Below are positions 12,390 through 23,729 of a stretch of DNA of 64,000 nt, one piece after another. The notes below the pieces were generated by a model. That model ran no database searches and had not been told where the DNA came from. It saw only the letters and a program-made list of their open reading frames with translations. Origin of the DNA: Mobula hypostoma (taxonomy: Eukaryota); contig NC_086097.1 in the NCBI RefSeq assembly GCF_963921235.1, forward strand, positions 114,516,001 to 114,580,000, in the 5' to 3' direction. A program made the position numbers and the translations under genes. Each line of letters starts with the position of its first letter. Position 1 is the first letter of the stretch.

Positions 12390-12670
12390 TTTTTCCAATT
12401 GGTGACCCTCATCGAGAACGCTTACCCATACCTGCTAGCGAGGAGTGACACCATCCCTTGATACAACTCCCTCTCGACTTTTTCTCCCATCAGTTTTTCC
12501 CTTCACTACAAGATGTTCGAGCTTCTCTCTCCTCAATACATGTCCCAAAAATTCCAGCTGCCGTTTCCTGATTGATGATATCAGCTCTCTTCTTATTCCA
12601 GCTTTTCACCACACCTCCTCATTTGTAACTCTGTCCTTCCACGATATTTTCATCATTCTTCTCAAACTTC
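12390..12670 (-). mobile_element. RTE-clade LINE 3' fragment
   Basis: Minus strand gives LRRMMKISWKDRVTNEEV...IRKRQLEFLGHVLRREKLEHLVVKGK..G, typical of the RTE ORF C-terminus. Confidence 0.85.
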
Positions 12671-13010
12671 GAGCCTTCCTTAATTTTGCTTTGATATTGT
12701 CTAACACTTGCTTCCATAATTTAGTGTGGAATGAACGTAGCACCACAACACTGGGACTTTCGTACCCATAGAAATTATATTAATAGAGCCACAAGACTAC
12801 TCACTGATAACTCGGAGGCTCGGGTAAGTATTGGGGGGAGGGGGGAACAGCATTCCGAAGGTGCTGTTCCAAAGTACACAGCAAGTTTTGTACTTGTGCT
12901 TTTTCACACATAATAGTTCCTGCACTTTGTTTAAAGGAAAGGTGGGTTAAGAATGAAGTTACTCTGAATCAAGTCCATAGTGAAACTGAAAAAGCCAATG
13001 TGACACCTGA

Positions 13011-13232
13011 GGGGGAACATCAACTCAGACCATGAGAGGCCTGCGTCGGGCATTTTCATGCCTTACAAGGCACAGATTGGAAGTCTGCGTGGGGTTCCAC
13101 TCTGCGCACAGATATTAGAGCAATGTGTGATTAAGTGTCTTGCTCAAGGGCACAAACACGCTGCCACAGCTGAGGCTCGAACTAGCGACCTTGAGATCAC
13201 TAGACGAACGCCTTAACCACTTAGCCACATGC
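13011..13232 (-). mobile_element. Full-length tRNA-derived SINE with CORE-like body
   Basis: Minus strand has A box tggctaagtgg, B box gttcgagcc, then gtgcccttgagcaagacactt; 7-bp TSD CACCTGA (13004-13010 and 13233-13239). Confidence 0.88.
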
Positions 13233-13429
13233 CACCTGAAATTAGGTCCATCTAATATGATGACCAGTTCAATGTGATCCAAGTTACAAACACACTTGTC
13301 ACAAATCCTTCTTCAGTCATCAGCTCTTAGACCATCATCACCAACCATCTACATCCGCACATTTTCCACTGAAGTCTATTGAACCTATGGTACTGGGGTT
13401 AGCACAACCAACGGCACTATCTTATATTT

Positions 13430-13665
13430 TAAAATTTATTTAGAGATAAAGCACAGTAACAAAGTGCCAATCAGTTCACACCGCCCAATTAGACAGATGT
13501 GCTCAATTAACTTTTTAACCCGCACGTCTTTGGATTATGGGAGGAAACCGGGACACCCACAGGAAATCCATGTGGTCACAGGGAGAATGTACCATTTCCT
13601 TACAGGCAGTGGTGAAATTAAAACCCGGATCACTGGCGCTGAAATAGCGTTATGCTACTGTGCTG
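13430..13665 (-). mobile_element. V-SINE/HE1-like SINE
   Basis: ggaggaaaccgg..cacccacaggaaatcca..tggtcacagggagaatgtac body with an AT-rich tail. Confidence 0.7.
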
Positions 13666-13858
13666 ACTTGTTATTGTAAGTGATCAGAATTGTCCATCTC
13701 TGCAATCCCTTGTGATAGAAATCCCAACTTGCTCTGGCAAATTTGCAACTCATTTTCGTAATTGTAACAGGATTTACATTGAGAGGGACTGTAGAGGTGC
13801 ACAACTTTGATGAAGACAATCCATTCCCAATGTTTGTGTAAAAATTTCTGATCCCTTT

Positions 13859-16800
13859 TTAAGGTAGGAATGCGATGAGGTGGAGGATAAATGCGTGTCT
13901 GAGGGATTGGAGCAGGGGGCAGGGATTCAAGTTTTTGGACCATTGGGACCTCTTTTGGCGCAGGCGTGACCTGTACAAAAAGGACGGGTTACACTTGAAT
14001 CCTAGGGGGACCAATATCCTGGCAGGGAGATTAGCGGGGTCTACTGAGGTGACTTTAAACGAGAATGTTTGGGGAGTGGGAATCAAATTAAAGAGGCTAG
14101 GCGTGAGGAGGTTAGTTCACAACAGGGGGATGGGAACCAGTGCAGAGAGACAGAGGGGTGTAAAGTGAGGGTAGAAGCAAAAAGTACTAAGGAGAAAAGT
14201 AAAAGTGGCAGGCCGACAAATCCAGGGCAAGCATTAAAAAGGGCCACTTTTCAACATAATTGTATAAGGGCTAAGAGAGTTGTAAAAGAGCGCCTGAAGG
14301 CTTTGTGTGTCAATGCAAGGAGCATTCATAATAAGGTGGATGAATTGAAAGTGCAGATTGTTATTAATGATTATGATATAGTTGGGATCACAGAGACATG
14401 GCTCCAGGGTGACCAGGGATGGGAGCTCAACGTTCAGGGATATTCAATATTCAGGAGGGATAGATATGAAGGAAGGGGAGGTGGGGTGGCGTTGCTGGTT
14501 AAAGAAGAGATTAACGCAATTGAAAGGAAGGACATAAACCGGGAAGATGTGGAATCGATATGGGTAGAGCTGCGTAACACTAAGGGGCAGAAGACGCTGG
14601 TGGGAGTTGTGTACAGGCCACCTAACAGTAGTAGTGAGGTCGGAGATGGTATTAAACAGGAAATTAGAAATGTGTGCAATAAAGGAACAGCAGATATAAT
14701 GGGTGACTTCAATCTACATGTAGATTGGGTGAACCAAATTGGTAAAGGTGCTGAGGAAGAGGATTTCTTGGAATGTATGCGGGATAGTTTTTTGAACCAA
14801 CATGTCGAGGAACCAACTAGAGAGCAGGCTATTCTGGACTGGGTTTTGAGCAATGAGGAAGGGTTAATTAGCGATCTTGTCGTGAGAGGCCCCTTGGGTA
14901 AGAGTGACCATAATATGGTGGAATTCTTCATTAAGATGGAGAGTGACATAGTTAATTCAGAAACAAAGGTTCTGAACTTAAAGAGGGGTAACTTTGAAGG
15001 TATGAGACGTGAATTAGCTAAGATAGACTGGCAAATGACACTTAAAGGATTGACGGTGGATATGCAATGGCAAGCATTTAAAGATTGCATGGATGAACTA
15101 CAACAATTGTTCATCCCAGTTTGGCAAAAGAATAAATCAAGGAAGGTAGTGCACCCGTGGCTGACAAGAGAAATTAGGGATAGTATCAATTCCAAAGAAG
15201 AAGCATACAAATTAGCCAGAGAAAGTGGCTCACCTGAGGACTGGGAGAAATTCAGAGTTCAGCAGAGGAGGACAAAGGGCTTAATTAGGAAGTGGAAAAA
15301 AGATTATGAGAGAAAACTGGCAGGGAACATAAAAACTGACTGTAAAAGCTTTTATAGATATGTAAAAAGGAAAAGACTGGTAAAGACAAATGTAGGTCCC
15401 CTGCAGACAGAAACAGGTGAATTGATTATGGGGAGCAAAGACATGGCAGACCAATTGAATAATTACTTTGGTTCTGTCTTCACTAAGGAGGACATAAATA
15501 ATCTTCCAGAAATAGTAGGGGACAGAGGGTCCAGTGAGATGGAGGAACTGAGCGAAATACATGTTAGTAGGGAAGTGGTGTTGGGTAAATTGAAGGGATT
15601 GAAGGCAGATAAATCCCCAGGGCCAGATGGTCTGCATCCTAGAGTGCTTAAGGAAGTAACCCAAGAAATAGTGGATGCATTAGTGATAATTTTTCAAAAC
15701 TCTTTAGATTCTGGACTAGTTCCTGAGGATTGGAGGGTGGCTAATGTAACTCCACTTTTTAAAAAAGGAGGGAGAGCGAAACCGGGGAATTATAGACCGG
15801 TTAGCCTAATGTCGGTGGTGGGGAAACTGCTGGAGTCAGTTATCAAGGATGTGATAACAGCACATTTGGAAAGCGGTGAAATGATCGGACAAAGTCAGCA
15901 TGGATTTGTGAAAGGAAAATCATGTCTGACGAATCTCATAGAATTTTTTGAGGATGTAACTAGTAGAGTGGATAGGGGAGAAGCAGTGGATGTGGTATAT
16001 TTGGATTTTCAAAAGGCTTTTGACAAGGTCCCACATAGGAGATTAGTGTGCAAACTTAAAGCACGCGGTATTGGGGATAGGGTATTGGTGTGGGTGGAGA
16101 ATTGGTTAGCAGACAGGAAGCAAAGAGTGGGAATAAACGGGACCTTTTCAGAATGGCAGGCGGTGACTAGTGGGGTACTGCAAGGCTCAGTGCTGGGACC
16201 CCAGTTGTTTGCAATATATATTGATGACTTGGATGAGGGAATTAAATGCAGCATCTCCAAGTTTGCGGATGACACGAAGCTGGGTGGCAGTGTTAGCTAT
16301 GAGGAAGATGCTAAGAGGATGCAGGGTGACTTGGATAGGTTGGGTGAGTGGGCAAATTCATGGCAGATGCAATTTAATGTGGATAAATGTGAAGTTATCC
16401 ACTTTGGTGGCAAAAATAGGAAAACAGATTATTATCTGAATGGTGGCCGATTAGGAAAAGGGGAGGTGCAACGAGACCTGGGTGTCATTATACACCAGTC
16501 GTTGAAAGTGGGCATGCAGGTACAGCAGGCGGTGAAAAAAGCGAATGGTATGCTGGCATTTATAGCGAGAGGATTCGAGTACAGGAGCAGGGAGGTACTA
16601 CTGCAGTTGTACAAGGCCTTGGTGAGACCACACCTGGAGTATTGTGTGCAGTTTTGGTCCCCTAATCTGAGGAAAGACATCCTTGCCTTAGAGGGAGTAC
16701 AAAGAAGGTTCACCAGATTGATTCTTGGGATGGCAGGACTTTCATATGAAGAAAGACTGGATGAACTGAGCTTGTACTTGTTGGAATTTAGAAGATTGAG

Positions 16801-17208
16801 GGGGGATCTGATTGAAATGTATAAGATCCTAAAGGGATTGGACAGGCCAGATGCAGGAAGATTGTTCCCGATGTTGGGGAAGTCCAGAACGAGGGGCCAT
16901 AGTTTGAGGATAGAGGGGAAGCCTTTTAGGACTGAGATTTGGAAAAACTTCTTCACACAGAGAGTGGTGAATCTGTGGAATTCTCTGCCACAGGAAACAG
17001 TTGAGGCCAGTTCATTGGCTATATTTAAGAGGGAGTTAGATATGGCCCTTGTGGCTACGGGGGTCAGGGGGTATGGAGGGAAGGCTGGGGCAGGGTTCTG
17101 AGTTGGATGATCAGCCATGATCATAATAAATGGCGGTGCAGGCTCGAAGGGTCGAATGGCCTACTCCTGCACCTATTTTCTATGTTTCTATGTTTCTGTG
17201 TTTCTATG
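13859..17208 (+). mobile_element. CR1 LINE, 5'-truncated within ORF1, with uninterrupted ORF2
   Basis: ORF1 end (DGLHLN), 1010-codon open ORF2, 3'UTR stem ggtgcagg...cctgcacc and (tttctatg)n tail. Confidence 0.97.
14054..17101 (+). CDS. CR1 ORF2, endonuclease + reverse transcriptase; open frame with no N-terminal AUG
   Basis: VNARS, ITETW, GDFN, SDHN, QHGF, DFQKAFD, FADD. The track start at 14069 is TTG and the first ATG lies ~210 codons in (DIMGDFN). Confidence 0.9.
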   Translation, partial: FKRECLGSGNQIKEARREEVSSQQGDGNQCRETEGCKVRVEAKSTKEKSKSGRPTNPGQALKRATFQHNCIRAKRVVKERLKALCVNARSIHNKVDELKVQIVINDYDIVGITETWLQGDQGWELNVQGYSIFRRDRYEGRGGGVALLVKEEINAIERKDINREDVESIWVELRNTKGQKTLVGVVYRPPNSSSEVGDGIKQEIRNVCNKGTADIMGDFNLHVDWVNQIGKGAEEEDFLECMRDSFLNQHVEEPTREQAILDWVLSNEEGLISDLVVRGPLGKSDHNMVEFFIKMESDIVNSETKVLNLKRGNFEGMRRELAKIDWQMTLKGLTVDMQWQAFKDCMDELQQLFIPVWQKNKSRKVVHPWLTREIRDSINSKEEAYKLARESGSPEDWEKFRVQQRRTKGLIRKWKKDYERKLAGNIKTDCKSFYRYVKRKRLVKTNVGPLQTETGELIMGSKDMADQLNNYFGSVFTKEDINNLPEIVGDRGSSEMEELSEIHVSREVVLGKLKGLKADKSPGPDGLHPRVLKEVTQEIVDALVIIFQNSLDSGLVPEDWRVANVTPLFKKGGRAKPGNYRPVSLMSVVGKLLESVIKDVITAHLESGEMIGQSQHGFVKGKSCLTNLIEFFEDVTSRVDRGEAVDVVYLDFQKAFDKVPHRRLVCKLKARGIGDRVLVWVENWLADRKQRVGINGTFSEWQAVTSGVLQGSVLGPQLFAIYIDDLDEGIKCSISKFADDTKLGGSVSYEEDAKRMQGDLDRLGEWANSWQMQFNVDKCEVIHFGGKNRKTDYYLNGGRLGKGEVQRDLGVIIHQSLKVGMQVQQAVKKANGMLAFIARGFEYRSREVLLQLYKALVRPHLEYCVQFWSPNLRKDILALEGVQRRFTRLILGMAGLSYEERLDELSLYLLEFRRLRGDLIEMYKILKGLDRPDAGRLFPMLGKSRTRGHSLRIEGKPFRTEIWKNFFTQRVVNLWNSLPQETVEASSLAIFKRELDMALVATGVRGYGGKAGAGF

Positions 17209-17502
17209 TATGCATTAACAATTGATGATAACAAGATTTTTAGCATGCATCACCTGAGTGATATATGCCTAGATACTGGACTTCAGCCGTTTTGGATGAA
17301 ACATGCTAAATTGGTGCAGCTTTTGCAGTAAGACTGTAAACCATGTGAAATTGACCGAAGAGACATCTGAAGCAACATTCCAATAAATTATACACAGAAG
17401 TATGTACTATAACAGACCTGCACTGTTTCTGCAAGATCATACTTAATTTAACGCTGTTGTTGAGGTACTGCTGTACCAGTTCCAAAGGGCACACTCACAG
17501 AG

Positions 17503-17554
17503 TGATTGACAGTAAAAACAAACACCATGGTTACCATGGGTAACAAAGACCACA
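17503..17554. promoter_or_regulatory. Candidate enhancer: clustered TF motifs in unique sequence
   Basis: TGATTGACAG (PBX-MEIS/PREP decamer) 17503-17512, AAACAAACA (FOX-like), GTTACC-ATG-GGTAAC (RFX X-box) 17530-17544, AACAAAG (SOX/TCF-like), GACCACA (RUNX). Confidence 0.45.
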
Positions 17555-17660
17555 GGAGAGAGGGTGAGAGCTCTGCGTTTTATACAATTACATCCAGAAT
17601 TTCATGTCTTATCTCATACTAACAATGGCACAGGAGATTTTCAGCCCATCAGGTCCATGC

Positions 17661-17950
17661 AGGATAGAGGGGAAGCCTTTTAGGACTGAGATTAGGAAAA
17701 CCTTCTTCACACAGAGAGTGGTGAATCTGTGGAATTCTCTGCCACAGGAAACAGTTGAGGCCAGTTCATTGGCTATATTTAAGAGGGAGTTAGATATGGC
17801 CCTTGTGGCTACGGGGCTCAGGGGGTATGGAGGGAAGGCTGGGGTGGGGTTCTGAGTTGGATGATCAGCCATGATCATAATAAATGGCGGTGCAGGCTCG
17901 AAGGGCCGAATGGCCTACTCCTGCACCTATTTTCTATGTTTCTATGTTTC
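17661..17950 (+). mobile_element. Young CR1 3' fragment
   Basis: Near-identical to 16908-17190. Confidence 0.93.
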
Positions 17951-18439
17951 TCCTCACATTCCCGTAAACTGCAGCTGAACATCTCTCACACTTTACTGTG
18001 GTCAGTTAATGTATACCTTGGAAGAATGACGATCTAGAGGCTGCTCCAGGTGTCGTATCGAGCATGTGTCAGAGATAAGGAAGCCAGAGGCCAAGAAGGA
18101 TGCCTTGTGTGTTGGGGTCAGGAGTATTTTTTCATTAGAAAAGCGTAGATATAGGTGCAGTGAAAGCGTCTGGCAGGAGTGAGAATCTCTCAGTGTAACA
18201 ATAACAAAGAAATGTTATGACCTTCCAAAAAGCAGGAGGTTAATTGGAGTACTGACAGTTCTTTCGCAACGTTGTTTAATTAGACACACAAACACACTCA
18301 AGCCATCAGCCGCACACATTTTTATTTGCCAAATTTTTCTTCATTCATCAAGCCATACTTTACCACACCACCCTCCTTTTGCTAACAAAGTACCCCTCCA
18401 CTGCCACACAGAGCTCAAGTTTCCAAATAGACAAAAAGA

Positions 18440-18634
18440 CACTCTGTGGCCACTTTATCAGGAAACTCCTGTAACTAATTAAGTGGCTATTGAGTGCACG
18501 TCTGTGGTCTTCTGCTGGTGTAGCACATCCATTTAAAGGTTTGACATGTGGTACATTCGGAGATGCTCTTCTGCAAACCACTGTTGTAACGCGTGATTAT
18601 TTGAGTTACTGTCGCTTTCCTGTCAGCCTGAACT
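18440..18634. mobile_element. Tc1-derived MITE, left part; continues at ~25605-25655 after the LTR element
   Basis: Same family as 4644-5210; tgtcagcctgaact resumes as agtctggccattctcctc after the insertion. Confidence 0.8.
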
Positions 18635-19134
18635 TGTCACAACCGCGGATTCAGCAGTGCAGTAATACGGCAATGGTGCTTGTGAATTTGCACGTGTCAG
18701 CTAATTATTATTTAACCGTGATTATATTTAACTCCATACTTGTTGTTGTAGTGCTTGTTGAGACTTGGACAGAGCACAGCAACACTTTGCTGCTGTTTGC
18801 ATTCGGCCTTCCCTGAGATGTTGGACTTTCAAGTCACCTGACTCTGAAGACTAGCGGTGTTTGTTTAATGTTTAGATGTTCTTTTCAGTCGCAGTGTAGG
18901 CTTCGTTTTCCTTTTGAGAGTATTAGTTAATGGCCCTGTTTGGTCCAGCATTTATTGTTTTATTTTTCCTTTAACATTGTTTGTATTAAAGTCTGTGAAC
19001 TATCGACCTGCTTCAGTGACTCTCACTCCGCACTTGGGCCATATCCGAATCTGGTAACAGCAAGTCTCAAACAGCAGAGAGAGAGCAGCTGACTTTGGCC
19101 GTGAGGTTCATTGGTCAGGTAGGAGACAAGCTAC

Positions 19135-20163
19135 TGTCACGGTCCTGATCGGTTATTCCCTGGGTCCCTCTAAATTTACTTTGTGTCACGATCAGGACTG
19201 TTGACTCCTTGTTTTCCTTAATTCATTGTTTCCCTGTGTTTCTTGGGCTCTGTAATTAAAGACACTTGAGACTCAGCTGAACGAGCGGTATTTAGTGTTG
19301 GGCTTACAGATACTCGGCGCAAGATCGTTATCGGACGCCACCGAAGCAAGTGCAAGCAAGTCACCCTGCCGGAACGAGCCAAGTTACATAGCCGAAACTA
19401 CTCAAGTCTTCTCCTGGAAGCGAATGCCAGTAAATCGCCTCTCCTCGCTGGAGCCAGCCTATTATACCTTGCCTGATCAAGCCGCTATGCTACCTCACTG
19501 GAGCAGGTCCATCAAGTTAACCCGCCGGAGTGAGACTAGAGCCACTGTCTGTAGTTCCTGGGCCGTGCCAAGGGCTTGCCATTACTTGGAGCCATTCCGT
19601 GTCAAGGTATGAACTATCTATCATTGTGTGGTACCGTCTCTTCGTGTCCTCATCTCCGCTGAGTAGGTCCAGCCGTTTGTCGCTACTCTGAGTTGGGGAA
19701 TCCTGTCCCTCAGTGTTCAGCATCCTGTGTCTAAAAGAGAAGTCCCAGCTCTATGTCCTGTGACCAAGGAGGAGTCCTGGCTCAGTGCTCCGTGTCCTGT
19801 GTCAAAGAAAGGTCCAGGCTCTGATGTTCCGAGTTCTGAGCTCCAAGTCTGGGCTCTGATGTTCCAAATTCTGAGTTCCAAATCCAGGCCCCGAGTTCCA
19901 TGTTTCGAGTTCCATGTCCGGGTTCCGAGTTCCAAGTCCGGGTTCCGAGTTCCAAGTCCGGGCCCCGAGTTCCATGTTCCGAGTTCCATGTCCAAGTCCA
20001 AGTCTAGCCACACATATTCCTGCTTCTGCTTTGCTCACTCCTTGATCTCCTTCGGAACGATCCTTGCTTCCCCGCTTTCCTAGTAACTATTAATAAACTC
20101 TATTTTTGTTAACGCTACAAAACGTCCTGAATTTGCGTCCACCTGTGCTCCGCACTTGTGACA
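19135..20163 (+). mobile_element. Second-family solo LTR (~1.03 kb) nested in the chromovirus leader
   Basis: TGTCAC...GTGACA ends; 5-bp TSD GCTAC (19130-19134 and 20164-20168); TATTTA at ~19289 and AATAAA at ~20092. Confidence 0.9.
19820..20005 (+). repeat. Degenerate tandem repeat (ccgagttcca[a/t]gtcc units) inside the nested LTR
   Basis: Repeated gagttcc/aagtcc motifs. Confidence 0.85.
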
Positions 20164-23100
20164 GCTACAGGCAATGGAATCTGTTCTCAGTGAAGTTACG
20201 GAGGCAATGAAGCAGATAATCTCAGGCCAACAAGCCCAGTCTCACTTGGAGGAACAGGCATCGTCCCTAGCTGCAACTGTTCCACTGCTCACCACAGACA
20301 ATTGGACTCGGGTGTCTGCGATTTCCGCACTCACGACCACCATCCACGAACTTACTGTGAACAGCCAGCATCAGCTGACAGCTATGAACGTTCTCGCCAG
20401 CTCAGTTCAGCAGCTTCAGGCCGCCTCAGTCCCACTCCCAGCATCTCGCAGATAACTCCTTTTCTGCTGCCCCGACAATCTCTGCTACTAATGTTCCCGT
20501 GTCCAGACCAGAGCCGACTCCCACGACCGTACAGGAACCAAGTATTCCACCACCAGGCAGATATTCTGGTGATCCCGACGGTTGCAGGAATTTTATTACC
20601 CAATGCGAGCTGACATTCCAAGCCCAGCCTACTCGTTTTGGTGGTGATGCGCGAAAATTGGCGTACATGTTCAATCTTCTTGACGGACCTCTACTCAGCC
20701 TATTCAACGCTTTACGGGAGCAAGTACGCCCCGCAGTCGTTCCAATATTTCGTGATGGAGTTAAGGGTTTTTGATCTTCCAGTATGTGATCAGGAGGCTG
20801 CCTTGGACCTGCGCCAAAGTAGAGGAACGGTGACAGCCTATGCAGTCAAGTTCCGTACCCTTGCATTAGAGACGAGATGGAATGAGAGATCTCTCATCAC
20901 TGCCATCCAGCGTGGACTGAACGCAGGGGTCTGACATGAGATCGCTGTCCAGGACGAGCAGGACAGTCTGGATGACCTAATTAATCTGGCTGTTCGAGTT
21001 GACGAACGGGTGACTGAATGGCGCAGGGAAAGAATGATTCAAACTTCCTACGCGACGACAGGTCACTGTCTTTCCTTGCTCTCTCCCTCTCCCCCACCTG
21101 ATCACCGTCGTTCCTCGCCCTCTCCCCCTCCCTCAGCACCCAGCACCCAGCCCACGGAGGGGCCTATGCAAGTGGGACACGTGCGCCTGTCTCAAGAGGA
21201 ACAAGAGCGGCACCAGAGAACAGGTTCCTGCCTCTATTGTGGTGATCCAGGACACTTCCGGGCGGCATGTTCCAAGCGTCCAGTAAAAGAGAATACCTGT
21301 CAGCAGGGAGGGAAATCCTGACGGGTCGATTCTCTCTTCAGTCAGCTTCCCCTCATTCTGTAAAGCTGGCAGCTTCCTTGTCGTGGAGGTCTCAGACCCA
21401 TGAGTTTAAGGCGTCTATTGACTCCGGTGCAGCCGGGAATCCTAGGGATACCTTTCTTGCTCAAAGATGGAGAATTCCAACTCAGGAATTGAGAGAAAAG
21501 ATCAGCGTCAAGGCACTGGATGATCGACCTCTGGGAACCGGCCAGATCCACCTTTCCACCCAACCCCTCCAACTGGTGCTGGAAGGCAACCATGAAGAAA
21601 TACCTTTCTATCTGGTTAATTCACCAGAACTGCCACTTGTACTTGGTCTCCCCTGGTTATCCCGACATTAGCCACGGATCGAGTAGTCTCTGAAGGTACT
21701 CAGAGTGGGGACTTGTCTGGGTCCAGCTCTACCTCCATCCCATGAATCCCCTCCTGTGTCAGCCAAGGGTGTAGACCTGTCTGGGATTCCGGCTGGCTAA
21801 GCGGATCTCCTTGAGGTTCAGTAAAAGAAAGGTCACCACCCTGTCCCCACACCGGCCACACGACTGTGCCATAGACCTCCTACCTGACACTAGTCCTTCC
21901 TGGGGCCGGCTCTTTTCCCTCTCTCATCCTGAAACGGTGGCCATGGAGGAATATATTAAGGGGGCATTGAGCATGGGGTTCATCCGTCCGTCAATCTCGC
22001 TTGCTGCAGCGGGCTTCTTTTTTGTGAGCAAGAAAGGTGGCAAGCTTCGTCCCTGCATCGATTATCAGCCCCGAACAACATCGCTGAAGAACTGCTACCC
22101 TCTTCCCCTGCTGGCGTCTGCGTTTGAACATCTCCAGGGAGCATCAATATTTTCCAGAATTGATCTGTGCAATACTTACAATCTGATTCGCATAAGAGAA
22201 GGGGACAAGTGGAAATGGGCTTTCAGCACCTCTAATACTATGAATCAGCCACGATGAATACCTGGTGATACCTTTTGGTCTGGCCAACTGTATTCCAGGC
22301 ATTGGTTAACGATGTGTTCAGGGACACATTGAACGGTTTGTGTACTTAGGTGACATCCTTATCTATTCCCGCTCTCACCAGGAGCATGTCCACCATGTCC
22401 GGAGAGTACTCAGATGCCTTCTTGAAAATAACCTGTACGCCAAGCCTGAAAAATGTGAATTCCATAAAGACCAGGCGTCGTTTTTGGGCTATATAATTAT
22501 CTCATCCAGTGTTCAAATGGACCCTAGTAAAGTTCAGGCAGTTGCAGAGCGGCCCAAACTGTCTACAGTCAAACAGGTACGGTGCTTCACGGGGTTTGCG
22601 AACTTTTATCACCGCTTCATCAGGAATTTTGGCTCTATTGCGGCTCCAATTAATACACTCACCAAGAAGACCTCGGCATGATTCCATTGGACGGACGATG
22701 TCGACCAAGCGTTTACCAAGCCAAAGCGAAGTTTCACCACTGCCCCGCTGCTGCAACACCAGACCCATCTCAGCCATTCATTGTTGAGATGGATGCATCC
22801 GATGTAGGCATTGGAGCTCTCCTCTCTCAGCGCTGGTCTGCGGATAGCCGGCTGCCCCCTTGTGTATTTCTTTCCCATCGCTTGACTCCGGCCGAGAGGA
22901 ATTATGATGTCAGGAACCAGGAACTACTGGCTGTCAGGGAGGCCCTGGAAGAATGACGACACTGGCTGGAGGGGGCAGAGCATCCATTCTTGATCTGGAC
23001 AGATCACACGAACCTCTCCTATATTCAGGATGCTAAGAGACTTGACTCTCATCAAGCCTGGTGGGCTCTCTTCTTCACACGGTTCAATTTCGTCCTCACT

Positions 23101-23729
23101 TATCATCCCGGCAGCAAGAATACAAAGACTGACGCTCTCTCCCGGCAGTTCGATGGATCTGAGGACAATGCCAATCCAGAGCCGATTCTTCGTCGCTCGT
23201 GTATCACTGCTCCGGTGATCTGGGGAATAGAGGCAGAGGTGAGGGCCGCCCAACAATCAGATCCAGGCCCGGATGGGGTACTTCTCAGCTGGCTGTTTGC
23301 CCCTGCTGCGGTACGTTCCAAAGTGTTGGAATGGGGTCACTCCTCTTGTCTGGCTGGACATCCGGGAATTCAACGGACTCAGGAATTTATAAAGTGACAA
23401 TTTTGGTGGCCATCTATGTCCCAGGATGTCCACGAATTTGTATCCATCTGTCCCACCTGCTCTTGGAACAAGACATCACGCCAGCGTCCTACGGGTCTGT
23501 TATGTCCACTGCCTGTGTCCCACCGCCCCTGGTCCCACCTCTCAGTAGATTTCATCACTGGTCTGCGCCCATCTAATAGAAACTCCACCTTGTTGGTCAT
23601 TGTGGATCGATTTTCAAGGCTGCCCACTTCATTGCCCTCCCCAAGCTCCCATCAGCTCGTGAGACTGCCACACCCATGGTTCAACATGTGTTCAGGCTCC
23701 ATGGTTTTCCTCAAGACATAGTATCTGAT

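Noticed and set aside
13160..13232. Functional tRNA gene
   Set aside because: A/B boxes are present but run into a SINE body with a TSD; it is a SINE head.
19820..20005. CRISPR-like or coding repeat
   Set aside because: Degenerate minisatellite without unique spacers, inside an LTR in a vertebrate genome.
21310..21316. GGGAAAT near the chromovirus gag stop as a PEG10-like -1 slippery site
   Set aside because: Gag codons read GGG AAA TCC, so it is not in X_XXY_YYZ phase, although pol is in the -1 frame.
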